Part shown: positions 12,291-26,523 of the stretch, piece after piece
How the letters are laid out: the number at the start of each line of letters is the position of its first letter
How positions within the stretch are numbered: position 1 is the stretch's first letter
NCBI RefSeq assembly: GCF_963506605.1
Contig: NC_083279.1
Span: 19,902,001 to 19,966,000, forward strand
Length of the DNA: 64,000 nt
Direction: 5' to 3'
From: Zootoca vivipara
Lineage: Eukaryota
The notes under the pieces: generated by a model
The model's database searches: none
The model's input: only the letters and a program-made list of their open reading frames with translations
Told to the model about the DNA's origin: nothing
Made by a program: the position numbers and the translations under genes

Positions 12291-12507
12291 NAAATATTCC
12301 TTAAATATAAAATTGATGCATTTCCCCCCCCCCGTCTTTATTGACTAAAATTTCTTTAGCATACCTGTGATATGTTTATCTCCCAACACATTACTAGATC
12401 TAGACAGACATAATAGATTTACAATATACAGAGGTAGCTTTTCCTCCCCCTTCCTTCTCTTTTGAAAGGGAGAGAGAGGGAGAAGGGGGGGGGAATCTGT
12501 ACAAGAG

Positions 12508-12647
12508 NNNNNNNNNNNNNNNNNNNNNNNNNNNNNNNNNNNNNNNNNNNNNNNNNNNNNNNNNNNNNNNNNNNNNNNNNNNNNNNNNNNNNNNNNNNNN
12601 NNNNNNNNNNNNNNNNNNNNNNNNNNNNNNNNNNNNNNNNNNNNNNN
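12508..12647. other. assembly gap (N run)
   Basis: 140 N. Confidence 0.99.
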
Positions 12648-13128
12648 TCCTAGGTAAGCTAAAAAAAAAATGAAGAAAAGACCTCTGGAACAAAGGGTAA
12701 CGGTGCCATAATGAATAATGTGGGTCCCACTTTGGAAGGCTGGGGAACATTCACAGCCGTTGTCAGTGTCAGACATGAAACAAAACAGAATGTCAGGTAT
12801 ATCAATACTACTTTGTTTTTAAGAGCCTGGTGATTTGCATTTAACTAAGTCAGGGTGATAGGTGTTAGGCAAATATTTTTGCAACTAAAACTTCACACAT
12901 CAAAATATACAGTACTGTAATGTGGACATTCTAAAGAAGATAGGCCTAAGAGAATAGACCTTTTTGAAAGCTTGGCAGTTTTCTTTTTTATTTACCCCCA
13001 CCTCAGTACCCCAGGCTTTGTTTTCTCTGTTTATTTGTATTTCACTTCAATGGAAAGTTTAGTCATACCATTTTATAGATTTTATTTTATTTTAAATGAA
13101 ACTGATCATTTCCCTCTACAATGCTTAG

Positions 13129-13230
13129 TTTACAGAGAAATTTGAACACCACTTAAAAGGTCGGGTACTTGTAGAAGCTATGAATTTCCTCCCTTTTGTG
13201 GAAACAGCAATGGGCTTACTCAATTTTAAG
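13129..13230 (+). CDS. CLYBL: CLYBL coding exon (exon 4 equivalent)
   Basis: TAG acceptor, GTAAGA donor. The 102 nt encode FTEKFEHHLKGRVLVEAMNFLPFVETAMGLLNFK; phase 0 at both ends. Confidence 0.96.
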
Positions 13231-14947
13231 GTAAGAAACATCAATATAATTTAGTTGGCATTTCTGCTTAAAGCCATATATCCATTGAATAAGTCACATA
13301 ACTAGAAAAAGGTGGGTTAAAATGCCATAGCATTTGTTAAATCCATTTCGTATTTTATATGAATGCATTCATCACCCAAAATATTTGCTGAAATTCCAGC
13401 ACCACATAAAACAGTCGCATCCTACATAATAGTTCTCTCCTGTCCTATTTTGGCATTTCTTTTTTATTTCCTTTAAATCCAATAAACATGTGTGAAAAGA
13501 TATAGCGGCTGTCAAATTTTTATTATTATTTAGGAGTTTTATTCTAATATCTTAAGAGCACCTCTTCTATGAAGTTCTGAGAGCTGATAACATTTACAAC
13601 CACACACAGAGAGCCCTTTGCAGTCAATGGTAAAAAAAAATGTATCTTCTGTTTTCTACAGCCCAATACTGTATATGCACAAAAAATGGCATTAAGGATT
13701 GTGGAGTTCTTCATCTGCCCTCCAAAAATGTTATTTCTTTTCTCTTCCCTCATCTTTTGCAATGTGAACTTGATGTTTGACCAAATACATGCAAATGGCC
13801 TCCTATTCTTGGCATCCAGCCTGTGTGTTTCTGTGGAGGAAAGATATTAACAATGATGAAATTGAAACTAGAGTGCGCCACAGCCATGCCAAGGTTTCCT
13901 GGAAAAGTTTTGTGTTATTAGAAGGAGCTGCTGGGAGGCCCTTGTGGCTACCACGTTGATAGGCACCGCATTTTTAACAGCACGTTTGAAAGATAGTTTT
14001 TGGCTTAAATTTAAAGGATTTCTAAATATACAAGTTCATATCTAGCCAAGATTTTACTTAATGGTTTGGTTTTTTTTACTGGTTTTTATTTTCAAATTCA
14101 CACACACACACACACACACACAAAAGGGTTAGTAAAGTCAGCGCCGAAAAATACCAGCTAGCATCCAACATCCTGGTGATAGGATTTGTATGAACCACAG
14201 CATATAAAAACAGGTATATTTGCAACAGTAATCATAATAAAATAAACTGTAGCTCTTTGCTTTTGCAGGCAAATTCTAGCTAGCTATGAAGCATTTCAGT
14301 TTGCAACATTTTTTTTTAAAAGAACAATAATTACACGAACATTACAAAGATTAATGCATTTAGCAAATCCCAAGGTGTTGCTTTTCAAATTATGTTCTAT
14401 GCTACTTGTTGCACCTTATATATCCTAGAATCGTTTCATTGTGTAGTTTTACCATTGGTTAGCAGCCCCACCCTATGCTGCCCATTAAATAGCGATTAGA
14501 AGATTGCTGATGGACTGTCATGGCAGATGCAATGTATTAAACCAAAGATACTCCAGTCATGGTTCTATGCAGGTATTATTCATGGGGTGGGGGAAGGATT
14601 CTTAAGCTATATGCAGTGTCCACTTTCGTAAATATAATAACACTGCTTACAGTTATCATTCAAAGGTTGTTGCCACAGGACAAAGCTTTGTCCTAAATGC
14701 AAGGACAAAATTGTATATATGTATTCTGTGCTTTAAGTTATAATGGATAGATTTGCATTTAAAGTATACTTTTTGTGCAGATGTGTAATTTATTATTATT
14801 TACTTCTCGTCCATTATGCAAGAAGAGTCTTGACAGCAGCCCCTGTTCCCAAGGAATTAATGTAACTGACGATTAGTATCTTTCTGGTGGTGAAAATTAT
14901 TTTAAACAGCCTGCTGCTTACGTTTAACATTTTTGTTCCATTTAAAG

Positions 14948-15041
14948 GAAGTTTGCGAAGAAACTCTGAGGACAGGACCCCGAATTGGCCTTCGTTTGGA
15001 TGGAGTTGTCTTTGGAGGCGAGGATTTCCGTGCCAGCATAG
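14948..15041 (+). CDS. CLYBL: CLYBL coding exon (exon 5 equivalent)
   Basis: AAG acceptor and a weak GTGCTT donor. The 94 nt encode EVCEETLRTGPRIGLRLDGVVFGGEDFRASI(G), containing the CitE-family FGxED motif. Confidence 0.95.
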
Positions 15042-16061
15042 GTGCTTCCATCCCCCCCCATTAAATCAACAGTACAGTATTATAATAACAGAATGTCCAC
15101 AATACTAACAACAATTATATTTTCTGCCACAGACCTATAGGTACTGTCTCATTTAGCCCACTAAAATCAGTGGGATTAAATACATCTAACTCTTTGCTGG
15201 AGTGTGGCCATTATTTAAAAAAATGGAGCCCACTGCTTGCATATACCTCTGCCTTTACTAACTTAGCAGGTATACATTTATTTATGTTGTCTCCTGTACA
15301 TCTTCCTAATTCGGTTGTTTTTTGAAATCTAAAACCTATTACAGCCGTGCTTTTACATAAACATATTATGCTTATTGCTCTCCAGCTAAAAAATTAAATG
15401 CAGTGACTGTTGAAATCATGAGACTAATTTTGTAATGTTGGTGCATAAAGAAGCCTATTGTTAATACTCTAGATAGTTTTAACAATCTCTTGCATGCTTA
15501 GTTCTGTTTTAGTGCATGCATCTAAACACTTCCTCCAGGAAAGCAGCCACACCTCAGTGCCTTTCTGCCTTGTGATGTCACAATTTCTACAAAAACGACA
15601 TCAGTGTCAGAATCTCATTTCTGTATTACGTTGCTACGGTATGACAGACATATCTGCTAAATATGCACCCTCTGATCTGGTTCATCTAATCACAACTTTC
15701 TGAGTGCAATTCACATAAAAGGAAGCAATATTTTAAATAATGAGGCATAACAAAGCCTTCATTTATTCCTGATAAGGTGGCAAGCAAGGTCAAAACAGTG
15801 ATGCTCAAGACAAGAGAACAGATTATTATTTTTTCACACAAGTGTACATGTGAGAATAGATGCATTAAGAGGTATCAGATACTCTTTGGGTTCAGCAGGT
15901 TTTGTAGATGTTTTTTTTTATTTAAAAAAAACCAACAACACTCAGAAGTCAATCATAGTTATCAGCTGTTTCAACCAAGGGTTTGGGCATGAACATTTAT
16001 CTTAGGCTAAAATTTTAACTCAATGGACTTCTTTCAAAGTAATGTGTGTAAGATCAAAATA

Positions 16062-16345
16062 CAGTGGTGACTCGCTTAACAAACGCCCCGTAAGACAAAT
16101 TTTCGCTTAAAGAAAGGATTTTTCCAGCGGAGGTTGCCTCGCTAGACAAATTCGTTTTACGAAAAATTCGTCTAGCGAATCGCGGTTTCCCATAGGAATG
16201 CATTGAAATTCAATTAATGCGTTCCTATGGGCAATTTTTTAAAAAAAAAAAATTCAATGCATTCCTATGGGATTCGCTAGACAAATTTTTCGTTATAAGA
16301 ATAGACCCGTGGAATGAATTAAATTCGTCTAGTGAGGCACCACTG
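16062..16345. mobile_element. Tc1/mariner (Tigger-like) MITE
   Basis: TA|CAGTGGTGACTCGCT ... AGTGAGGCACCACTG|TA, with the internal inverted segment CCCATAGGAATGCATTGAA / TTCAATGCATTCCTATGGG. Confidence 0.85.
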
Positions 16346-16549
16346 TACTGAGACAGAAATCTTTTTTTTTAAAGCTAAAGCTGTATTTCTACCACTTATT
16401 TCAGCCCCACTGAAATAAATGGGACTATTCTAGATTAAATGGTTGGAACATCTCAGTGACCATCAAATTGGTGCTTTTTGGTGCAATAAATATAGATATC
16501 AGCAAATTACTACAAATATGCAAAGCAAATTAAGGGCGTTATTATTAGT

Positions 16550-16980
16550 ACCAGAACTATAAAGTGGTTAACAGCTTGGAACCAATTTATCTGAAGGATT
16601 GCCTTACCTCTATATATGTCCACTCAACTCCTTCAATCTGCTGAATCAGTGCCACGTAACGTTCAATCCACATGCTCAATGATGGTTTGGTGTGGCAGCA
16701 CCCATCCACTGGAACTCCCTGCCCATTGATATTAGACAGGTGCCTTTGCTGTCTTGTTTTTGAAACTTGCTAAAAGCTTCATTTAGGCAAGTCTATAAAT
16801 TTGACAATTATTTTAATATGTATTTTATTACGCATATTTTTATACTGCTGATTACATCTATACGTTAAGAATTTCTAGGTCAACTCATCGGATTTTCTTA
16901 AAGATATATTTTATGCCCACTTAGAGACTTTGCTGATTAAGCAGTATAGAAATAAGTGTTCAGTAAAATAAAAATAAAAA
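16550..16980 (+). mobile_element. old L2 LINE 3' fragment
   Basis: GTGGCAGCACCC...TGGAACTCCCTGCC (APxxWNSLP-type L2 C-terminus) and an A-rich tail. Confidence 0.55.
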
Positions 16981-17648
16981 CCTAATTCAAGATCCAGAAG
17001 GAAGAGCATCTTCAGATGCAGTTTATCTCCAACTCAACTTGCTTATTTCTGGCTCAGTTGGGCTCAGCCATCTTTAGGTTCCCCCAAACCAGCTCGGCTG
17101 AAGACATTCCTGTCCTGTGTGACTTGCTCAGCCAGCCGAGCCAAGGCCTGTGCAAGTCCCCCCAAAAGGGCGTTCTGGGGCATGGCAGGGGCAGGACAAG
17201 AGAGAAGGGATTTAGGCTGGATCCTAAACCCATTCAGGTCAGTCACATGCCTTGGCAATACAGCATTTTAATGGTTTGTTTTCCCTCTTTCTGGCTTAGG
17301 GAATGGGATTTGGATCTGGTGAAACTTTGCACCAGCTTCTTGTGCATAGGATTGCTCCCTACACAAAGCTTAATGCTCTGGCACTAAGGCTTGATTTTTT
17401 AAAAAACGACCAATGTTTCATTTCACTCAGAAACAGAAAGAAAGGGGTTTTTTGCAGAAGCAGCTTTAATATTTTGTCTCCAGCAACAAAATATCTTTGC
17501 TGCTGCACAGAAATTTGGAGAACAAAGCTCTTCAATATTTTCCTGTCTGTCTTTCGGAAAAAGGACGACAAAGGTAACGTTAAGTAAATTTCTGCTGCGA
17601 ATATTTTAAAAAAACCAGTTTTCTCAACTGTCCACTATTTCTTTTCAG

Positions 17649-17816
17649 GTTCAACAAGTAGTAAAGAAACCCACGATATTCTATATGCCAGGCAAAAAAT
17701 TGTTGTCACAGCAAAGGCTTTTGGCTTGCAGGCCATTGACCTTGTATTTATCGACTTTCATGATGAAGAGGGACTCCGTAAGCAGTCAAGAGAGGGTGCC
17801 TTAATGGGTTTTACCG
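17649..17816 (+). CDS. CLYBL: CLYBL coding exon (exon 6 equivalent)
   Basis: TTTTCAG acceptor, GTATGG donor. The 168 nt encode (G)STSSKETHDILYARQKIVVTAKAFGLQAIDLVFIDFHDEEGLRKQSREGALMGFT(G); phase 1/1. Confidence 0.97.
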
Positions 17817-20800
17817 GTATGGCTTTTACATATATATTTATATATACAGTATATATATATAATAATTGCTAGCAGGTCCAAAATACTGAAACGTAGCAGA
17901 AACAACCAGCCCCACCCAAACAATATTCAAGAATATATTTATAGAGAGCTGCAGCATTCTCACTTCGGCATCTACGTTCTCAAATTTAAACTTGCACTAA
18001 AAGATGGGAGGAGGTGTGGTTTATACATATCTTCCCTTAAAGCATCCTGCTTTCACAAGAGAGCACCCACAAGCATCCCCCCCCCATCACCACCCATAAA
18101 GATTTAAAAAGTAGGCTCCCTTCACCCTTGGTTTAAAATGTATTATCTCTTCTCCTTAATCATAAAACAGCCGTGTTCTGCAGCACAGACCCCCTGTTTG
18201 TCTCCTTACGCTGACTGGTGGAGGAGCAGAGAAGTCCAAACGCTATAAAACGTTTTCACAATTACTTTTGCCTGTAAAACGCCAGGTGGAAAATTCCAAG
18301 TGCAAAACGAGGCCCTTAAAGAGTCTTTCAACAAGTCACACCCAAGTGCGTTACTCATTTTATGATTTAGGGAAAGTAAAGTATAAATGAAGACTGCGGT
18401 ATAAACATAAAAGCCTCCTGCTCTCGCAGGTTAGAGGAAACACAATATTGGCTGAAAACCTTGCACACCACTCGGTTTCCAATTCACGTATGCCTGTGGG
18501 TGTACATTTATGCAAAAAATAAAATTAAAAAATGCTGCCGTTGCATTTCGGGAATCACTTTTTTAAAAAGCGTTTTTAACAAATTTGAATAAAACGTCCT
18601 CTACTTCTGACATCTGCTAATCACAGCTATACATTCATTTCAATAAATGGACAAAAATCCCGATAGTCCACATTTTTATTATGAAGTGCTAGAGCTTAAA
18701 CCCCCCACACACACACACACAACAACCCAATATGCTAATTAGGCTATGATAGTTATTTTCTTGTCAGTCTTTCCTTTGAGTTGCTTTCCCCAATTCTGGC
18801 TTGCTTCCCAGTAATTGCCTGTTCACCTGATGGTACTGGCAAGGCAGTGTGATCAGCAGGCTTCTTGCAGCCAATCCCTGTAACACAGACATTTCACCAG
18901 TGATTGGTGCGCTAGATCATGCAGGCGCCCCTATGAGATGCGATACATAACAAAGATTGCAGCTTTATGATAGGAATCAGCTACTTGGCTTGCATACAAA
19001 GATTACAGCGTTCTTTAACCGCAGCAGTACCAATGTTTCAGTAATACCTTTCAATCAAGATGGGCATGTGACATTTTTACAGATAGGTAGGTCTGTAAGA
19101 CTGGGGAGCAGGGACCTCTCTGAAGCTCTTAATCTAGTAAGAAGTGCATTCTTAAAATAAAAAGTTCAAAATCCCTCTTGGTTCCTGGAGGAAATGCAAC
19201 TTGAAGAACCATTTAAAGCACCAACCTAGCTATCAATAATGACCAAGGAGAAGGAGACTTGTGGCACCTTAATGGTGTTATTGCATTTCAGCTTCTGTCC
19301 CTGAAAGCTTGTGTTATAATAAACATGTTAAGTTTTTTTAAGTGCCTCAAGACTCTTCCTTGTTTTTGCTGCCAGAGAGATCTGCTTGCCAGAAATATTA
19401 TCAAGAACAACAGGCTAATACTCTTCCATCCCAAATACTACTACAAGAATTACTTGGGGCACTTTCCAGACAAAGGCATGCATCAAAGTGCCTACTGTTT
19501 CCTTTAACCAACCAACCTTCAAGGCTTTGTCACACTCCTGTTAAAGTCAATGACTGAAATCCAAAACAGTACACATGCACAAAAGCTTATTTGCTCTCAA
19601 CTGTCTGCGGCAGATTAGAATACCACTTGAAGACTCCCTCCAAAAGCTGGAGGCCTTCTAGAGCAGAGCAACACAGGAATCTGTCTTCTATCAGGCCAGA
19701 GTGTTGGTTTGTCAAGACCAGTATGGACTGTGTACTGATAGGTGTCTTTGCCATCACCTATGTGTTTGTTTTTAATTGGAGATACCAGGGGTTGAAGCTG
19801 GAACCTTTAGCAAACGACTGAGCTATGGTTCCTTCCCATGAGACAAGGGAATGCTACTGAAAGCTTTAAAAAAATATTCATCATCTCCTCTTCTGAGCAC
19901 AGAAATGCTTTGTATGTTTGCACAGGCCCCTTTAGAGCCTGAATACTGAAAATGTACTAATAGGTCACTTGACCCATCACCTGCTCTTGATGAACCAAGT
20001 GTTGACAAGCCCAAACTCTTTTATTCCAGACTAAGTAACGTGTATCCTGGTTATGTTTCTCAAATTCACTAACATCAATATTCCACATGATTTGGAGTGA
20101 ATACAATAATTTATGACAACTTTCTACTTGTGAAAATGAAGCAGGCAATCTGTCTCCAAAGTACACACTTTTGGAGGTATGTAGCTGCCTATATAATACC
20201 AAGATCGCTAGACCCAGGTTAAGTGGAGAAGGTGAATTTTAGTTCACCTCGTGCTCACACAATCAAAGCAATTTAAAATGTGATAGAAGGCTGGATTCCC
20301 TTACCCCAGAGCCTTCCACTTAATGTTTTTGGGAGCATATAATCCTTTATGTAATACATTTTTATTCTAATTAATATGGCACATATTCCTAATCACCAAA
20401 GTAGATCAAATTAGCAAATTCAGCACCATTTTGAAGGGTGGTGTTTTTGAGCGATTTTGAAAAGAACAAATTCTCCCTTTTCACCTCCCTCAAATCATCT
20501 TGACTAAAGTGTGTCAAGCCGAATTTTCTACTATGAACATATTGGCATTTTCATCTATTGGAATTAAAAATAGCTTATGTTGCTAAAAGGCATGATGAAT
20601 ACTTTCTGATGAAGTTACTAGGATTTCTATGTGATAAGCATTGCTCCACGTAGCAGCTGCTATCATGTGAGGAGCTGTTCCAGTGTGGATTAAATGCATT
20701 TCACTATGCCACTGCAAACTTTTCTTTACCCTCATTTGCCATGGCATGGAAAAACTAACACCATCTGTGGGGTAAACCGCTTTACACAAATGGCTCATCA

Positions 20801-21083
20801 TATGATAACAGCCACCACCTACAGTGATTTGAAGTGGAGTCCATGTGGCAGCTGCTCTGAGAGATCTGCTTATAGGGCGAGATAGAATTTTTTATAATAA
20901 TAAAAAATAAACCAGTAAATAAATGTTGACAAGCTTCAAGGCAAGATATCTAAAGCAAAAACAGATGAGTGTTGTTGCTGCTCTTTACTCAGTGAATCCC
21001 CATTCATCTCGGTGGCACCTGTGTATGAATAATAAAGGGCACAGAAGATCACTAAATTGTGCCCTTAGCTGTTATCTGTGGGA

Positions 21084-21430
21084 TAAAGGTAAAGGTAAAG
21101 GGACCCCTGACCATTAGGTCCAGTCGTGACCGACTCTGGGGTTGCGCGCTCATCTCGCATTATTGGCCGAGGGAGCCGGCATACAGCTTCCAGGTCATGT
21201 GGCCAGCATGACAAAGCCGCTTCTGGTGAACCAGAGCAGCACATGGAAATGCCGTTTACCTTCCCGCTGTAGCGGTTCCTATTTATCTACTTGCATTTTG
21301 ACGTGCTTTCGAACTGCTAGGTTGGCAGGAGCTGGGACCAAGCAACGGGAGCTCACCCCGTCACATGGATTCGAACCGCCGACCTTCTGATCAGCAAGCC
21401 CTAGGCTCAGTGGTTTAACCACAGCGCCAC
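21084..21430 (-). mobile_element. Sauria SINE (POM-like)
   Basis: (ACCTTT)n tail on the - strand, tRNA-like head with B box GGTTCGAATCC, and a BovB-like 3' motif GAGTCGGTCACGACT. Confidence 0.9.
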
Positions 21431-21959
21431 ATTCGCAGGCAAAAACACATATGGGGCTCGAGAGGATTAAATATAATTAATATAATATATCCTCCTACCA
21501 ATCCCTATCATTATCAACATTTTTGTCATGCAGAACTGAATGAGCAAAGCATTTCATAAATGTTCATCTGTCTAATTCAAGATGGCAGGGATAGTGTCTG
21601 TCCAAAAAGTTGCTGAACATCAACCCCAGCTGGCATGGCCAATGTTCAGGAGTTTTTGAACCTGTGGTCCTAAACATTTGGAAGGCCTGAGGTTGGGGAA
21701 GAGTCTCCTGTAATGTAATAATCAGGTTAGCCATTTGACCGCCCCCCTCCCCACCGCCAAGAGTTATCTTACCTCTAGCAGTTCAGGATTAGCAAACCAG
21801 TCATCCCTAAATCAAAATTTAAAATGTACTCACAAAGGAGAACTCTTTATTATACACCTCCTCTACCTGCTCTCTACTTCACTTGCTCTCTCGTTTGGTT
21901 ATGTTCATAGCTTTTAAATATGGCTTTAATCCTATGTTAGGCCTCTCTGACTCTATTTA

Positions 21960-22318
21960 AAAGGTAAAGGGACCCCTGACCATTAGGTCCAGCCACGGAC
22001 AACTCTGGGATTGCGGCGCTCATCTCGCTTTACTGGCCGAGGGAGCCGCCGTTTGTCCGCAGACAGGTTTCAGGTCATGTGGCCAGCATGACTAACAGCT
22101 TCTGGCGAACCAGAGCACCACACAGAAGCGCCATTTACCTTCCCACTGAAGCGGTACCTATTTATCTACTTGCACTTTGACGTGCTTTCAAACTGCTAGG
22201 TTGGCAGGAGCAGGGACCGAGCATCGGGAGCTCACCCCATCACGGGGATTCAAACAGCTGACCTTCTGATCGACAAGCCCTAGGATCTGTGGCTTAGACG
22301 ACAGCGCCACCCGTTCCC
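21960..22318 (-). mobile_element. Sauria SINE (POM-like)
   Basis: Homologous to 21084-21430, with a 13-bp TSD CTGACTCTATTTA (21947-21959 / 22319-22331). Confidence 0.92.
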
Positions 22319-22878
22319 CTGACTCTATTTAGGATTAAGCTAAATGTTAGTTCGCTGTATTAGTCAATGATATATCCAGACAGGTGTAGAGTTGTTGCCA
22401 GAGTTCTCACTGCTTCCCATGCCCTCTGGTAATGTGTGGATGACGATGATATTTGTGTAGGAAAGAACTTAATCATTGACATGACTACCACATTAGCATT
22501 GGGAAAAGCCACAGAATTATGGCTCCAACATCTCATTGAAGAAATATATGAATTTGTCTCCCAGGTTTTCACCCAAAAGGTTATAGAAATGTGTTTTCCA
22601 AACGTTACAAGCAAAACATTCAACAGTGCCTAAATCCAATCTCTCACAATGCTTAGTCCACACATCAACGGTTCGAAAGGGATCACTTCTCAAAAGTGAG
22701 AAGTGCCTTAGTAAAACATTTACAATGGGACTATGGTAGACTTCATGCAACATGACCATGAAGTTTCATTTGGCATTCCCTAAACGATAAACGCTGCATT
22801 TCTTGTATATGGAGTAATCCTATGCATGAGAAGCTGGGCTAAACCAAGCCGGTCTAAGTTAAGCCAGCGTAAATTTAC

Positions 22879-22927
22879 GTGATGGGGTCATGAAGAGTCA
22901 GACACGACTAAACGACTAAACAACAAC
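22879..22927 (+). mobile_element. extremely 5'-truncated BovB (about 50 bp 3' tip)
   Basis: ATGGGGTCATGAAGAGTCAGACACGACTAAACGACTAAACAACAAC matches the 3' end of the full-length BovB; TSD AAATTTAC (22871-78 / 22928-35). Confidence 0.85.
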
Positions 22928-25900
22928 AAATTTACACCAGATCCAAAACCTGTTCAGCAGAGGGGCTGCTGCAGCTCTGCCTGAGCCTCACAGGGGGGAA
23001 ACAAGCCTTTAAAATAGTGCTATATACCAGGTCATGTGACAAAGCTGAACAGCCTTAAACAGAGGCAAAACTTGGCTTTATTTCACTTTCCAGTATTTCA
23101 AAGACCCAGTTTGGCACACACACCCCTGCGCATTTGGGTACACACACACACAGGCTGGGAGCCTCAGTGGCACCCCTCTGGAGGCTTCACCCAGGGCAAA
23201 AAACCTGGCCAGCCCCCCCCCCAAGCTACAGCTCTGCCTTAGGAGCCAACCAGTGGTGGCTGGTGCCCACCAACCCCTGAAATATTCCTTTTGGGGGAAC
23301 CTACACCAGTCTTAGCCAAGCTTCAACTGAGCTGGGATAAGCTTGTTACTCCAGCATCCTTGCCCAGCTGAGCCAGAGGTACGCTGCATCCTAAGCTACT
23401 CACCCCAGCGGATCTTGCCATAGGATTGCACCCATGTTTTCAGCCATAATTATGAAGAGCAGTTGTTGTTTTTAACGGGTCTGTTTTCTGGTAGCTTACC
23501 ACTTACGAGTCTGTGTAACCCACAAGTTTTATTTCAGGATGCTCTCTGTATAAATGTCTTATCGGCTGTAATCATGTTTACATACATAAAAATTGTAAAC
23601 CCTGGAATGACACTTTAACAGCTGACTTAGTCATTATAGCTACTCCACTGCAACATGCTGGGAAGCCAAATATAAATATGAAGCACTATAGGGTCCCCAC
23701 TCCCATTTTTACAATCTTTTGTAGAAGACAAAAAATGACACCATCATAGAATTACATAAAAGACTTGACAGGTATTGATTTAAAGCATGATATATCAAAT
23801 GGTACTGCAAAAAGGATTTCATGGCCATAAATTTTAATGCCTTCCAGCTCTGCAACCTCTCTCTAACTTGTCAATAACAACTGTTTGGTTTATAATATTT
23901 CCCTTGTTTCACCATGACACTAAAGTCCATTATACACTTGTTTGGGTACACAAGGTGTAACAAAAGGCAACCGAGGCCATAAATCAAAGGTTTTAATTTT
24001 TTTTACTGAGGTCACACATTTAAACAGGTTAAAGCCCTTACATTATATATCATCAGTGCAAAATACCTTTTTTAAAAACCTAATTGAGCAGTATTTTGGG
24101 CCTTCTTTCTCATAGTGCTGAACTTTGTCTTTAAATATATATTTTCTATATTTTGTAATGAACTACTTATACGAATTCAGTTTCTAAATTTACATTTTGT
24201 CTATTACAAGTAAAGCAGAATAAAAACTAAAAACTATGGTATATTCACCATAGTAGTATAATTTGAAATTTCTCTCAATTTTAGAAAATGACACTTCTTT
24301 CTGCAGATAGAACAGATTATTGAATTACACTAATTTATTCAATGTAATTCCTTTTTAAAATTAGGATTTTTAAAGATGTGAAACTTATGAGAGCATCTCA
24401 ATCTCACGTTATGAATATTCAGGTTGCAAAACGCGAAAATGTAATTAAAAATGAAATATGATGAAGCATCTTATGGTATAACTTTCTAAACTATGTGCTG
24501 CAGCTAAATAAAGTACCTTATTTGCATAGAATTTATTTCAGTTTTATTTTTATTATCAAGAATAAAACTGGAAAACATCAAAATTCTTTGAACAACGAAT
24601 TGTAGAAATGAAGGCACACATTCTTGCAATTCTTTTTCTTTCACTTTCTTATTCATAGTAACTTCCAGTTTTCATTTGAACTTCTAATTTTGTGTTGCTT
24701 AAATGTGCCTCTACCTGCTCCGCCCTGAGCTGCAGAATTTTTAAATGAAGTAACAGATTATGACTTTTTGCTAATTGCTTCCCTGGTTTTGAACCAGCTG
24801 AAAATGAGCACATTTCAAAACAGTTTTGGGGCTTGCACATTACTGTAAAGTACTTCTGCAAAACACACAACTCATTTATGGCAACCGGAAATATTGTTTG
24901 TGCCCAAAAATAAGAGTTTGAGTTTAATGCTCAATATAATGAGCCATGTCGTTATATTTTTAATGAGGGCAAATCTATTGACAGTTCTTTGCAAAACCTT
25001 CCTAAGAGTCTCTTGAAAAAGATTCAGGTGGGTGTAAGAACCCATTTTAATGTAACCCAATAAAATATTAGGATGCTCATAATATGCAAACGGGTAAGCA
25101 GAAAAGAAAAGCTCAACCTGAGCTCTGATTTTGTTGCTATTTTTCTTATTTTGATTTATTTATTTTTTGAAGCCAAGTCCCTTTCTTTCACATGAAGAGG
25201 TGTAGCATTTTTTAAAAAGTTACTGTATGATTTCCCCTCTGCAATTATTCACTGTTAGAAGAATAAAAATGTTGTAAGGATCTACTGGAATTTCATTTAT
25301 TAAAGAAATCTATATTTTTCTCATTGAACATCAAATCATATTTCTTGTAACAGGTACTGTCTATTAAGGCTTTCTTAAACTTCAGCACAGCATAGATCGG
25401 TTTAATGTAGTTCTAAAAGATTTTTGTTTCTTCTTTTTAGCCTCACTTCCACAAGAAAAAATTACAGTAGCACAGTACTTATTACTCAGTTTAAAAGATA
25501 AACACATGGCCAGGAGAGAACAGAATATCTTACATAAACAAATAAAATTGTCAAATGAAAAATTCAAATAATTGTGGATTCCTTTTGATTTACTTTTATT
25601 TAAGTTTTCTGAGCCAGTAGGGTGGGACTGGAATGGGAGTCACATTTTAAAAGGCACAAGCCCACAGGGAAACTTCCTCTGTGCAAACCCCATTGGGTGA
25701 CATGCAACTTCATACAAAAAGACTTCCATTTGATCTCATCACCTTGTTCGCCCAGACCTGTTCTAGAGGATCCATTAGATTTTAGGCTAGGGCAGGGATT
25801 TCACAAGGAATCTGTTCCATCACCAATGTCAATTTCACTGGTGGACAACAAAGTTGGATTTCACTCACTGATGATAGCCAAATTCTTGAGCACCTCCCAT

Positions 25901-26523
25901 TCATTTTAATGGGGCTTATGAAGGAGGACGTTTTGGTGGATTATAGCCCATATTTGTGAAGGTGAATTTGACTTGCAGATGAGGCAATCTATAAATTTAA
26001 TAAATAATAAGTTGGTGCAGAATATTACTAAAACGTAAATCCTAACACGAGGACAATTTAGGCTGCAATCCTATAAACATGAACCTGGGAATATGCCCCA
26101 CTGGGAATAATGGAACTTAGTCCTGTATTAAGATTGCACTGTTAGAGAATAATTATTTGGAAATAGAAAAACCTGCAAACCGCATAAAAGCTTTATGCTT
26201 TGGTGATAGATCTTATTTCCATCATTTCCCTTTTTAATATGAATAAGTATCTTCTAAAGTCTGGCTATATCTTTTATACTATGTTTGAATAGATGTGGGG
26301 GGGGGGGCTGAAATGCTAGTCACATCTATTTAAAAAAAAACGGAGTTGTTATGTCTATTTTTAGCTCATTTAGGGTAAGGAGAAGCATAATTTAACAATG
26401 AATGTTAAAAACCATCGAAAAATGAGAGTCCGTGCAGTATTTGAAAGCCTCAAGTGATTGGAACATTTTGCTAAGCATCTGTTAGTAAATGCTTAACTCT
26501 GGGGTTATTAATCATCTTTGTAG

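Noticed and set aside
11894-12776. ORFs containing X runs
   Set aside because: Artefacts of the N gaps.
15042-15047. Weak donor GTGCTT after exon 5
   Set aside because: Exon length and phase fit the next exon exactly; nothing in the sequence shows alternative use.
17789-17791. Site of the human CLYBL Arg259-stop polymorphism
   Set aside because: The codon here is AGA (Arg) and the frame is open, so there is no sign of pseudogenisation.
19250-19372. Possible third Penelope-type terminal fragment
   Set aside because: It has GTGGCACCTTAA and GAAAGCTT...AATAAA remnants, but the CUGANGA box is missing and it is too decayed to call.
22360-22759. Overlapping short ORFs in unique-looking intronic sequence
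   Set aside because: No recognisable domain or convincing splice signals.
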